From the NCBI RefSeq assembly GCF_964355755.1, contig NC_092674.1:13392001-13456000 (forward strand): a stretch of 64,000 nucleotides of DNA. The letters are read 5' to 3'. Below the pieces are notes generated by a model that saw only the letters and a list, made by a program, of their open reading frames with translations, was not told the origin of the DNA and ran no database searches. The DNA is from Antedon mediterranea. Its lineage: Eukaryota; Animalia; Echinodermata. Position numbers and translations under genes: made by a program. This document shows, piece after piece, positions 11,282 to 23,595 of this stretch. Within the stretch, counting starts at the first letter, position 1, and every line of letters begins with the position of its first letter.

Positions 11282-14200
11282 ATAGTAAACTGAAAAAACA
11301 CAGTACTGACTGTATAAATAAGAACTCCCAGCCAGTTTTTAAGGGAAACTCTATTCAGCTTGGTTCCCACTAGGACGCAGTACAAGGACGTAAGCCGCAA
11401 CGCAAGCAAATAAGTCGAATGCATTGTGTCATATTGTGAACCAGACTTTAAGGGGACACTGGTGCCAAATGTGTCCCCATAATACAGTTTCCACTGTAAT
11501 ATTTATGCAGGTACATAAGAATAAAAAATATCCTAAATATCTAGTTTTGTGATTTGATGATTATTCTCCAATTTATACATGGATATGTTTCAAAGGTTTA
11601 ACTGTTAAATTAATACATAAAACAGTAAAAAGAATATTTAAAATGTTCAAAGTATTGAAAATATCAAAAATCTTTTTAAAAGATGTTCATGTTTTCTGAA
11701 TAAATCTCTTATATTTATCCTTCCGATACGATATACACTTACTACTGTTTTTTTTTACTTCGGCCATTCGGCAATGTATTCATTCACTATGTACAATCAC
11801 AGGTCAATACATAACATTTTTTCTGGTAAATTTGACTCAATTTACATTAGTGTCAAACCTGTACAAAGGGCATACAAAAGACAAACTGTTCCATACTGAC
11901 ACTATAAACATTAATAAGCAATACTGGTTGTAAAACAATATTGTAATATTACTACTTACTACTGTTTTAAGTTTGTTTTTATTATTACTTTGTTATTGTA
12001 TGTGTATATTATTACTTGTTTAAGACAGAAAAGACGTTTAATATTATAATTTCAATATAAATTGTAATAACAAAATGAGATAACAACGTTTATGAACCAT
12101 CGTGGAACCACTTTCAAGATCAAACAATAATATACATAATATACCGTAAAACATCGAAAATAAGTCCATCTCGATATCAAGCCTATTAGGCTTCTTTTCA
12201 CGATACTATGGGCTTCTTTTTTGAAATAGACTGTATTATAATGTCAAAGGAACAGAAGTTATGATCGTGTTATTATATGGTATGGATATATTAATGACCT
12301 TGCAACCATTTTTAACCATGAACTCGTATATTTATTCTACAATGTATTGTTTTCCAAATGCTACTTTTATTTAATCTTGCATCTTCTTGTCTGCTTCCTT
12401 GACAAATATATAAAATTGGCAGAGAATGTTTTAAAAATCATATATGAAACGTCATTAATTTAATCTTTTTGCCATTAGTTTTTGTATTAGAATTATTTAA
12501 TTCAAGTTTAATGTCAATCTTTAAATAGACATTTTTGATGAAATAACCGTCTTAAAAAAACTGTTTACCGGTACATTATTGATTTTTGTTAGTATCAATG
12601 TGGTAGTTATTAATAGTTCAAGGGTTTGAATTGTGTAAACATTGAGTATTTAGTGAATTTAATATAAACCAAGTCTTATTGTAGGCCTATGTAAGAGCAC
12701 AAGCTCGTCCAGGGATGTTGGGTCGTTCGGTTAAAAATAATTCTAATCCTAAGGTGCCCTTTCAAGTTAGAAACCAGCAGCGAAAGTGGTAAATAGGTCT
12801 CATGACAATTATTTGGAAAATTCATTCATCTACTACTATACTAGGCCTACAGCTATATTTTCTTTTAAAAATCTTGGCTATGGACTAGGAACAGCGAAGA
12901 GTAAGACTCGTTCATCTTTTAAAATTACAGTACAAAGCTCCCGGCCCTTAAAAAAAAACATCAACAATACCAAAATTGGTATTGCTTTTTATTTAATTGT
13001 GAATTACTATAAAATAGTGTATTTATGTAATTATTAAATAATATATACTAAACACGATCACGTCTAACCCAATTCTGTGACAATAAAAAAAAAAGGTTTA
13101 TCTGATTTTCCAAAAGCATTTTTTATATAATCTTGTAATATATTTAGGCCTATAACTTAGTTTACACAATTTTATTTTTATTAATTTTTGTAAATAATTG
13201 TATCAGATCATAATGTTATACTAGAAGAAAGAGATCGGCAATAATAAATAGCAATGTGTCGATTGGTCATGAAGGCACCAACTTCAATTTGTACACCAGG
13301 TATAATATAGATCACGCGTTTATTTATTATGAGTGTTGATATTAACGTTACGTGTATTTTGCCATATACTTTTCATTAAATCAATTGACTTTAGTACAAC
13401 CTTTACGTAACGTTATATTTTAGAATTAGGAATACTGCTTTATTAGTAGTATGGCCTGTGTGGTATATAACGGCGTTGTATCGTCTTCTCGTCTTTAAAA
13501 TCGACAGCGTAGGACACTGCGATGTCTTGCAATGTCCAGCAGATGAAGTGGTGCGCGCTGCGAGTGCTGTCTTACAACCTTATGAATTTAGTGTATGTAT
13601 ATAATGTTTGAAACATTAAATTAGTTAAATGTAATCCGTAAGTGCCTTGAAAAAAAAAGCTTGTAATATTTTGTATAGATATTTATAGTATTAACCGTAC
13701 ACAAATGTTTTTATAATAGCTATATTATTATAGGATAATATCAAATAAAACACTTTATCACATCATTTTGCCCTTTGTGTTACGTCATTGAATATAACCT
13801 ATATTCGTCTATTGATCCTTCTAATAATATAAGTTGTCAAAATAAAGTACCGGCACAAACACTTCTTTTATTTTACGATGTATAAATTTATATTATAACT
13901 TAACTTAACATACGAATGAACAGTAATCTTTTACTTGACCACCAGCAGATAAATATGGATACTGTAGGTAATAGGTCTTTACTGTATTCATTTCTGCCAA
14001 AGATTTTTATTTTATAATATGGTCGCGTTTAGTCTGAACTACGCGCGATTTTATGAAATGTTATGATCATAAATTCGAAACCAGATATTTTCCAATACAG
14101 CACTGGTTTATAATATCAAAATAGTCAACTTTCTACAGAGCTTTACCATTTAAAATGCACACAATAAATGTCCTAAAACGTTGCCGGCTATTTTGAGCAT

Positions 14201-14640
14201 TTCAAATTATCATGTCATTGTCCGTCTTGTTAGCCATTTTTTATGAACTAAAACGAAACACGACATGCAATTTAAACTAATAATTCGTGCGATTACAGCG
14301 CCTCAGATGCCAAAAGGTGACAATGTACAATTTTTTTTCCGATCCGAAAAATCATATTTCCATCACCGCATTTATAGGTTCTATACAGTGATTTGGCTTA
14401 AACTTGGTAAAAAGAATAACACATGACGTCTTATACGTATACTGTATATATAATTCAAGCTTAACAGATACAAACTGGAACGCCCACTCACTGGAAATAT
14501 TAATAAACAAACAATAACTACTACAAACTTGTGGATCAAGTCTAGCGAATCACCTAACCGTACAATGTACACACGCAACAATAGTGGACTAATCGTACAC
14601 AGCATAAAGTTTTATTAGCTGGTCTAACTTATAAAAGGAT

Positions 14641-16830
14641 ATAATAATAATAATAATAATAAATAATATATTTATACAGGATAAAACAATCAGATAACAG
14701 TGTATCTGTTTTACATTGTGGTCCTGTCTTAATCAAAATATACAAAAGAGAAACTTAATTAAATATAATACATGTCAGTTTTTTATGAAAAGAAATGAGA
14801 TTTGTATCTAGCCTTAAAGGACGTAATTGTTGGTGCCGATTTAATATTAATTGGTAAATTGTTCCATATTTTTGCGCCTGCAACTTTAAAGGACGAATTC
14901 ATTTTACTAAGGGTGTATTTAGGTATTGTTACATTCAAATTTTCTACTCCACGTGTTAAGTGGGTGTGAATATCGCGAATCAATTCAATTTCATTTACTA
15001 ATCTAATTGGTGCAAGGCCGTAAACACATTTATACATTAGACATGCTAGGGAGAAATCTCGTTTCTCTTCAAGAGTTTGCCACGATAAGTTCTGGATGAT
15101 GTTGTCACCCCTTACATTAATATAATCGAAGTTGTTAGTTACAATTCGAGCAGCTCTTTTTTGATGTCGCTTTAAAATATTTTTGTTTAACTCTGTCGTA
15201 TTTCCCCAGACTGTTATAGCATAATCACTACAAGGCTGAATTGTACTTATATATAGAGTTTCAAGTAACGGTTTACTTAAACTACTAGCCATTTTACCTA
15301 GCATTGTTATTTTATATCCAATATTTTTACTAATACATTGAGTATTTTGTTTCCAAGTTAACATTTCATCGATTACGACTCCCAGATACCTTATACTATC
15401 AACTTGTTCTAATTTACTGGTTCCAATTTGTATATTTAAATCATTACTGTCAGCTGTATGATTGTTTCTTAGTAACATAACCTTTGTTTTTTCAGTATTT
15501 ATAGAGAGGTGGTTGTCATCATACCATTTACCAATGTTATCAATAATTATTTGTAATGAATCATTTACTATCTTAGCAGTATCACCTGAGGTGTAAACCA
15601 CAACATCATCAGCAAAAACGCTGCAAGTTCCATTTACTATAGACTGCGAAATATCATTTATGAAAATGAGAAACAAGATGGGTCCCAGGACACTTCCTTG
15701 TGGAACACCAATATTGATTTCTTTAAGTGTAGATTTGTTATTGTTACAGTATACAAACTGTTTTCTGTTTTTTAAGTAATTACTAAACCAGTAAACAACA
15801 TTTTTATGGAAACCATATTTGTAAAGCTTAAATAACAAAATTGAGTGATCTATCGTGTCAAAGCACTTGGATATATCTAAGAAACAAGCGCCGACGACCT
15901 CTGAGTCATTAAAACTTTCTAACCAATCATCAACTACTCTGTGCAAGCATGTTACAGTAGAATGGTTTTTCAAAAAGGCAAATTGATCAATGTTAATCAA
16001 ATCAAACAAACTAAGAAAAGAAATGATTTGTTCCTGAACCACTCTCTCTATAATCTTTGCGATATGAGCAACGACAGATATTGGTCTGTAGTTGCTCATA
16101 CTGTCTTTACTACCCTTTCCTTTATATATAGGAGTTGTCCTTGCTACTTTCCAATCAGCTGGGACAAGACCAGACATGAGAGAGAGATTCACAATATGAC
16201 ACAATGGATAAGCAATGTACGGAGCTGCTAACCTTAACAATTTACTATCAAAATCAAGAACATCTAAATTTTTTTCTGGCAAATTATAAAGCTTCCTTTT
16301 AATGGTATTTACATCAACATTTATAAAATTAAAGGAATATTCACTAGGTGGATTATTCCAACTTGGCAGCGTATCGTCAAATGACTGCGCCATCTTAACT
16401 CCTATGTTGGTAAAGTATTCATTAAAATGTTCGCAATCAATAGTTTTACTAATGTTAGATTTCGTTTTACCAGTTAGTTTATTTAGCTCGTTCCACATTT
16501 TTTTTGGATTATTTTTATATTTTATATTTACATTATTAAAATAGTTATACTTTGCTTTCTTAATGTTAGTGTTAACCAGATTTCTAAGTCTTCTATACTC
16601 AGTTTTTAATCCTGGATTATTAACATTTACTTTGCTTTTAGTATAATCTCTTTTGTACATTAACTTTATAATTTCAGGAGTTATCCAGGGAGAGAATCTA
16701 TTTTTTATTCTTGAATTTTTTATAGGCCCATGTTTATTACTTAAATTTAGAAAGCAATTTCTAAACGTACTCCATGCATTGTCAACGTTATTAATATTGT
16801 GAATATTTTGTAATTTCTGAGAATGATAAT
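14641..16830 (-). mobile_element. 5'-truncated non-LTR retrotransposon of the CR1/L2 group (Crack/Daphne-like)
   Basis: (TTA)n 3' tail at 14641-14665, short 3' UTR with ACAGGA...TCCTGT stem, uninterrupted RT ORF, no APE domain retained. Confidence 0.9.
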
Positions 16831-16837
16831 ATCCCAT
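14783..16837 (-). CDS. LINE ORF2 reverse transcriptase (N-terminally truncated)
   Basis: 684-aa ORF with NYRPIS, FLDISKCFDTIDH, GVPQGSVLGPILF, VFADD and YLGV motifs. Confidence 0.9.
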   Translation of the reverse strand: MGYYHSQKLQNIHNINNVDNAWSTFRNCFLNLSNKHGPIKNSRIKNRFSPWITPEIIKLMYKRDYTKSKVNVNNPGLKTEYRRLRNLVNTNIKKAKYNYFNNVNIKYKNNPKKMWNELNKLTGKTKSNISKTIDCEHFNEYFTNIGVKMAQSFDDTLPSWNNPPSEYSFNFINVDVNTIKRKLYNLPEKNLDVLDFDSKLLRLAAPYIAYPLCHIVNLSLMSGLVPADWKVARTTPIYKGKGSKDSMSNYRPISVVAHIAKIIERVVQEQIISFLSLFDLINIDQFAFLKNHSTVTCLHRVVDDWLESFNDSEVVGACFLDISKCFDTIDHSILLFKLYKYGFHKNVVYWFSNYLKNRKQFVYCNNNKSTLKEINIGVPQGSVLGPILFLIFINDISQSIVNGTCSVFADDVVVYTSGDTAKIVNDSLQIIIDNIGKWYDDNHLSINTEKTKVMLLRNNHTADSNDLNIQIGTSKLEQVDSIRYLGVVIDEMLTWKQNTQCISKNIGYKITMLGKMASSLSKPLLETLYISTIQPCSDYAITVWGNTTELNKNILKRHQKRAARIVTNNFDYINVRGDNIIQNLSWQTLEEKRDFSLACLMYKCVYGLAPIRLVNEIELIRDIHTHLTRGVENLNVTIPKYTLSKMNSSFKVAGAKIWNNLPINIKSAPTITSFKARYKSHFFS

Positions 16838-17960
16838 ATGGGGTCTTTATTTTTTAAATATGGGATTTCCCATATGGGATGGCCCAGATATTTAAGTCAT
16901 ATGGGCCCCATATGGGCTTGCTACCTAGCTGAGTACTTGACAAATGCTATGCTTCAGACCGTTTGTACTCGCAATGCTAAACAATGTTCATGGGCTCCCG
17001 GACTAACTGTTTCGCGCTTCCAAACGTTGTTTAAACTAAATAGTGTATTAATTATACCAAATAGGATGGTATTTATTGAAATAAACGCCCAACAGCTCCC
17101 CAATAAAACATCACTTAGAATAATAATCGCCCATCCACATTACACAGTGTATTGTATTTATAACACAATTACATTGTAGTAGAATTCATTGACTACAATT
17201 TACCAAGCATTTTTTTTTACCACTTTTCATATCTATTAGAGGATTTTATTTGATTATAACTATTACCATATTAAAACTAAAACATTAAACGTATCCCTCG
17301 AATAAGCACCTACCTCAATGAAATCCGCCCCACCTCTTCCCCAAAAGGCCAACCTCCCCCCCACCTCCTTCCTAGAGGGGGAGGGAAGCGAGCTCACCCT
17401 CTAGTGTTAAAATTTGTTGTTATTTTTATTAAATGTGTACATGCTTTTAAAAACGTAATGATCTGTAGTTTCAAGACTTTTTGTTAATGCCACCAACTCT
17501 CTTTTTGTGTGTGTTTGTCGCCCTCTACTTGGAAAAGGTTGTCAATGGAAAATTAATAATGGCTGCGCCCATGCAAGCATGTTGAGATGTTGGCTAAACT
17601 AGTTATTTGCAGTATAAAACAATCACATAGAAGCTATTAAACATTAATGAATATGCAATGTAGTTGTCCATATCAGAGACATTCAATTGTACGGTAAATA
17701 TCTGTACCCCTTTGATTGAGTTTACATGTTACCGTTTTATTTGCTATGTTTGTGTTTATAAATTATCATGCCCTCTAAAAGCTAGCTATGCCTACCTAGG
17801 CCTGGCCCTAGCTAGGCCTAGCCTAGTTCTGGCCTAGCCTAGGCCTAGCCCCGGCCTAGCCCCTTTATCTTATGTATGTTTGATTACTATTGCAGTTAAT
17901 CATTGAAGATCATATCAGGTCAACGCATTTTAAATTAACAGTAACCAAGTTGGCTCGGCG

Positions 17961-19438
17961 CTAATGCAGTTTCGTACCCACCCCTTAAAATTACTCAAAA
18001 TGATTTCAATACTTCATCTAGCCTACTCACGAGTTGTCTACAGCATTCAGCAAGCATAAAATGGTAAAATATCGATAATTTCTTATTTATAACTATTTTT
18101 AATCAATTAATAATTGAGCACCCTTCAGAAATCCATCGCCAGCTTAGCTTCGCTACGGAGGCCTCATAGGGCATCGATCTATAGAGGACGCTGTTATGAT
18201 CATATTATGGCGATAATAAAATATTGTTTACATGTTCCTCGTGAAACGGATTTTAAGTTTTTTTCATAAAGAAATATTTTGTGTTTAATTATGTTGTTAA
18301 TGTTTATTTTGAATGTTGTGTGTTATTGTCTTGTCAAATTATATTTTTTTGTAAGGGTCACTAATGATCAGCTTCGGCTGGATGGACCACCCTCATAAAA
18401 TATTGTTGAAATAAATTAATGAATACTAGTTGCTTCATTATTTAATGTTTTATTTGATTTTATTTTAATAAACACAACATGAAAGAAGATAAAAAAGAAG
18501 AAATGAAAGACATGAAATGATGTATTCAGTGTCAGCAGAAGTAAAATAAATTCTAGTAATTGATGGAAAACATTATAATTATTGTATTTACTGTACATTA
18601 CATTTCAATAAATTATATCTTTCTGTTTTTGTTGCATTTCCTATTTCCATGTATTTGAAGAGGTCTTTCATAGGTGAATAAAAAATGTTAATTAATAATA
18701 ATATACTTCTATAAAATCTTAAAACAGGGAAACCATTAGCGTTTCTAGTATAGCTAGTGATAACAAATACTAAAACAATTAATTCGTCATAGCTTGATTA
18801 TTGTGTTATAACATTAACAATGTAACTCAGGAATGAAGTACTGTAATTCTTTTTAATCATTTCATTTATTTATTTGACCTACAAACCATAATGTAAAATA
18901 AACTTTTAAACAGAGGAAAATTGCCAGGTCAGTACTTATATCTTCAAGAGTCAGCAGTTCCATATTTATCTTCTTTTCTGTGTGAAATTCTACTAGTAAA
19001 ATGAAAGAACAAATTAAAAACATAACATAATTATGATGATACCCACAATGATGAATACAGCAATTGTATAGTATTTCTTTTTCTTTATTAAAAATACGAA
19101 ACGCATGTCGGAAATAATGAAAATTATAATTATTTGGTGCGTGCTTTAAACGTTAGTAACTACGCCCTCTATAGAACGCAACTGTTTACTCTATTAATAG
19201 AGTTAATGTCCTGTGAGGCCTCCGTACTTTTATCGGCAGGCCTAGCGATGATTTTCGCGAAGCTAAGCTGGCGATGTATTTCCGAAGGGTGCTCAGTATT
19301 AATTGATTAAAAATAGTTTTAAATAAAAAATTATCGATTTTTTACAATTTTATGATTGCAGAATGTTGTAGACAACTCGTGAGTAGGTTGGATGAAGATT
19401 TTGAGTAATTTTAAGGGGTGGGTACGAAACTGCATTAG
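17961..19438. mobile_element. Foldback-type non-autonomous DNA element with ~210-230 bp inverted repeats
   Basis: 17961-~18170 (CTAATGCAGTTTCGTACCCACCCCTTAAAATTACTCAAAA...GGAGGCCTCA) is the reverse complement of ~19210-19438. AT-rich non-coding interior; no TSD seen. Confidence 0.7.
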
Positions 19439-19950
19439 GCCCTACATCATTTAGTTGTCAATGAATGAGGATCATTCACAATTAAGAAAGTGTACAACCA
19501 GTTGATTTGTATGCATGTTATCAGTTTTTGTTTTTTTAATCAAATGTGTACATTCTTATAAATGTACACTTATTTATAATAAAAACAACATAACATTCTT
19601 GAGTTTCAAACAAGATTGAATTCATGCTTGTTGAGAAACAAATTATCGGATCTTTATAGAGGACGGTATATACTATAAATTACTCATCAGTCATATTAAT
19701 TTAAACTGTTGAAATACACTGGCGTACTCATTTTTTATTTGCTTGAATTTTTAGTTACTTACATTTTTCAACCATTGTCTATTTCTTTTTTAGACGTGAC
19801 CATCCATGTTTTCTAGAGGGAGATTTTTGTGAACAACCTTATGGTTTTAGAAATGTCATTCCACTGGTTGATGATATTAATTTATTTGAGGTAAAATATA
19901 CTCTGTTGAGTTCCTAGACTTTGTTTCTATTGGCATGATGGCTATATTAA

Positions 19951-21582
19951 AGGGGGGTTCCGGGTTTAAAATGAATAGTAAAAAATGTAAAATATATTTG
20001 TTTGTCTCTTGAACGGTAAAAGTTTCAATTTATATAAGAGCCCAGTGAAGCAGAACGAAGGCTGTGAAATGAGGCCAGATTACAAGTGCAGCTACGGCAA
20101 AATCACACTGTGGTTACAGAATAGGAAATTCATGAAATGGTCAATCTTCCGACGACTCGTTATCATTAACCATATCAATTACTTTTGTAAAATTATACTT
20201 ATCTGATGTATTTTTAGTCGGTCTTCCCATTTATAAAGTCAATTTTCTATGAAAATTCATCAAAACAGTGAAAAATTAGATAAGTTTGCACTTTACGTTT
20301 GCCGATTTTCGCACTGACTTAGGGAAAGCCTTCAAAATCAATGAAGCGTAACGTATACATTCCTGCTGAGCGAGGAGAGCGAGAGGGCGATACACGTGCT
20401 CTCTCTGCCCATGCCTGGCATCGTCACGTGATAAGCAGATACAGTGTATACAATACCAAACTGGTCGGGTCGAGTATACCCCGTCTATAATCACAACATG
20501 AACGATGTACAGTATTTGATTGAAGGTCGACTCAACCTACCGGAATGGTAGAGATAATATAGCTCGAATGAGAGAGTTGGAATATTTGTAAACAAAAGTA
20601 CAGTATTGCTAATTTTAACAAGTGTAGCCTATAGTAAAAGGCCTGGTAGTATCAATTCGCATAGGGTCTACTACACTAGCTAGCTCAATTTTTAACTGGG
20701 CCGGATCGGCTAGGCTAGGCTAGGTCTCCTTCCTACTACCGGTCTACTTGCTTGATGCAGTATCCGCTTTTTTGGAGAGTAAACTAGGCCTATTTCAGGC
20801 CTACTTATTTATTAGACGATCGGGACACCATACGTGCGGACGGCGATCGGACCTTGTTTTGCCTCAATATTCACAGCCGATTGTTGTAGAACGTTTTAGG
20901 TTTAGATTGTTTAGGAGTTGATAGGATGGGTTTGGAATCCACTGAGTTTTGTTATTTATGGGCCAATCGTTTAGTAATAGGCTAGCTAGGCCCATGAATG
21001 ATGGCCCCAATGTTTTAACGTAGCCATCGTGGCATGGAATCCCTAGTCAGAAATGGCTCTCACCCCCCGGCATGAATAAAATGATTATTTAGGCTAGGCC
21101 TAGCCTAGTACGTGAAACCGATATACGATCTGTACTATTAATTCGAGGTATAAAAATAGTATAATTTATGACTCCGTAATCTGTACTAAATTTTGTATTT
21201 CATTAAATGTCAAATAAATATATGCTACTACTGTTATTATTACACTTTAGGCCTAGCTTAGCAAATCTACAAAAAATGTATTTCACAATGATCGGGTGGT
21301 CGTCGTTTGACAGAGGAGAGAGAACACAACGTACAAGCTTGACGTCGCGAGTTTGGAATCCACTGATGACGTGATTTTGTGAATATCTCATGAATATTAA
21401 TGAGCTTCCCTAAGCTGCTGAAAAACAGACTTTCCATGAATTTACCCTAAAATGTATATGAAATTTAATTTTTTTAATTTCTCGTTATTACTTCTTCATT
21501 CTGACATGTCTATATTGTTATAATATTTTTTATTTAATAAATAAACGATATTTAAAAGCAATTTTAAACCCAGAATCCCCCT
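19951..21582. mobile_element. Non-autonomous Kolobok-type DNA transposon
   Basis: TTAA on both flanks (19947-19950, 21583-21586). TIR AGGGGGGTTCCGGGTTTAAAAT versus ATTTTAAACCCAGAATCCCCCT; AG...CT termini; no transposase ORF. Confidence 0.8.
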
Positions 21583-22611
21583 TTAAATGCTACTGACATG
21601 GCTCAGGATTTAATGCTCTAAGCTAAGCACACATTAAACACATCACTTGCTCACACAAAACAACCCATTCATCGAATTGAAGACTTTTACTTACCAAATT
21701 TACTATTTTATATCATGTGACATTAGTAATTTTGTTGCATTCAGTGATAACAGTGACATTCAATGGTCCCATTCAACGGGCAAGTGAAAATGGTGAGCTT
21801 TGTTGTCATGTAATAAGCCCAAAAATGTGAAAACCAACCAATATAGGCTTGGCTAAAATCTGAGCCTTGCTTTTTGCATGGACTTTAAATACTAAATTGT
21901 CTTGCCCATTTTATGTTTTTTTATAATTGCACATACTTTTTTTTTATAGAGAACACTTAAAGATCAAACCTTTTCAATGAGTCTTGATAGACCCGAGGGT
22001 GGACTTGATGCCCTGATGCAAGCTACTGTCTGCAGGGTATCTAATTTTACCTATTTACTTATTGGTAGTTTGTATGCTAAATTAACCTAAATAATATTGA
22101 TGGATCAAAAGTAGTTTATTATTTTATGTTTATATTGATTTATCTATCAATCAAAGGATGTGTCAATTCTATTAATTTAATTTTAATGTATTAACAATTT
22201 ATAATTTATTTCTCTATACAATAGTGGGCCTACTGTGATCGTACTGTTTACAATGTTTTGTTTGATTTGTGTTTAATTTAACTGTTTCTTTTGACTAAGT
22301 TTTATAAGTTAAAAAACATTTTTTTTTTCTAGAGAAGTGATTAACTTTATTAGAACTACAAAATTGCCTATTTAAAGTCTGTTTTTATTAAGACTTAAGT
22401 TCAATTTTCATGGTTTTTTTTTTTATCTTTAACATGAATTCAAAATGAAACCCAACCAAGAGAAGGCCTTCCACACTTTTAATGATCATTTGATGTAATT
22501 GATTTTTCAGGAGCATATTGGTTGGCGTAATTATTCAAGACATTTTATTATTTATATGAGTGATGCAGGATTTCACTTCGCACTTGATGGCAAGGTTTGT
22601 AGAAAAAACCC

Positions 22612-22874
22612 CTCATTTGAGGGGTAGCCAGCTCATTTGAGGGGTAGCTGGCTCATTTGGGGGGTAGCTGGCTCATTTGGGGGGTGGTAGCTGTATCATT
22701 TGAGGGGTAGCTCGCTCATTTGAGGGGTAGCTCGCTCATTTGAGGGGTAACTGTATCATTTAAGGGGTAGCTGGCTCATTTGAGGTGTAACTGTACCATT
22801 TGAGGGGTAGCTGTCTCATTTGATGTTTGCTGGATTATTTGAGGGGTAGCTGACGCATTTGAAGGGTAGCTGGC
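22612..22874. repeat. 20-bp minisatellite, about 13 units
   Basis: Unit CTCATTTGAGGGGTAGCTGG with variants, starting 17 bp after an exon donor. Confidence 0.9.
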
Positions 22875-23395
22875 TAAAATATTTATTGTAAATAATTAAT
22901 ATTATTATATAAACTATTTACAGATAAAAAAAATTCAAAATTAAGACCAAAGATGTGGATAATTTCCATGTGGGAGAGTGGAGATGTATCTGCTGTGTGT
23001 AACAATATTTCCTACTTTTGTATTTTGTACCATTTATGAATTAATTTTCAAACTTATTATACCACATTGATTTAAAAGAAATGAGGGAAACATTTTGTTT
23101 TCTTATATACCACATTTTGAGTGAGTTCATAAGTGGAAGAAAAAAAAATTGCAACCAAATGTTTTTAATTTTTCTTTTAGGTTGGCGGGCTGACCTTACC
23201 AAACGATGGTGAATGTCATTTAGATGATCAAGGATAATACTCATTCTGAAAAAAATGTAACTAATTTTCTGATTTACTTTTCTGATTTAATTTATCATTG
23301 TTGTGTTACTTATGTAAATACGGACAATAGTCCAAATATGAGATTGAATTGAAATCATATAAAAAACTCAATTAATTAAATTACAATAATAATAA

Positions 23396-23565
23396 TACGG
23401 TCAACTCTACCAACTGAACTCTCTGAAAACTGGAAACTTTCCCAAAACCAGACGTTTCTTGAATTAAAAATTAATTTTTACCATTAAAAACAAATTCTGA
23501 ATACCAGAATTGCCAGACATTTTAGCCCAGCCCAAAGATTTCTGATATTGAGAGAGTTTACTGTA
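23396..23565. mobile_element. Degenerate Tc1/mariner (pogo/Tigger-like) MITE
   Basis: Ends TACGGTCAACTCT...AGAGTTTACTGTA with TA flanks. Confidence 0.5.
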
Positions 23566-23595
23566 TTATCTATTAAAAATCCACATAATTCTATC

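Noticed and set aside
15941-16544. Plus-strand ORFs inside the LINE, and minus-strand ORFs in 24589-25447 and 31002-32569
   Set aside because: Antisense shadows of LINE ORF2 coding sequence.
22612-22874. CRISPR-like or telomeric repeat
   Set aside because: A plain 20-bp intronic minisatellite with no spacers and no TTAGGG units.
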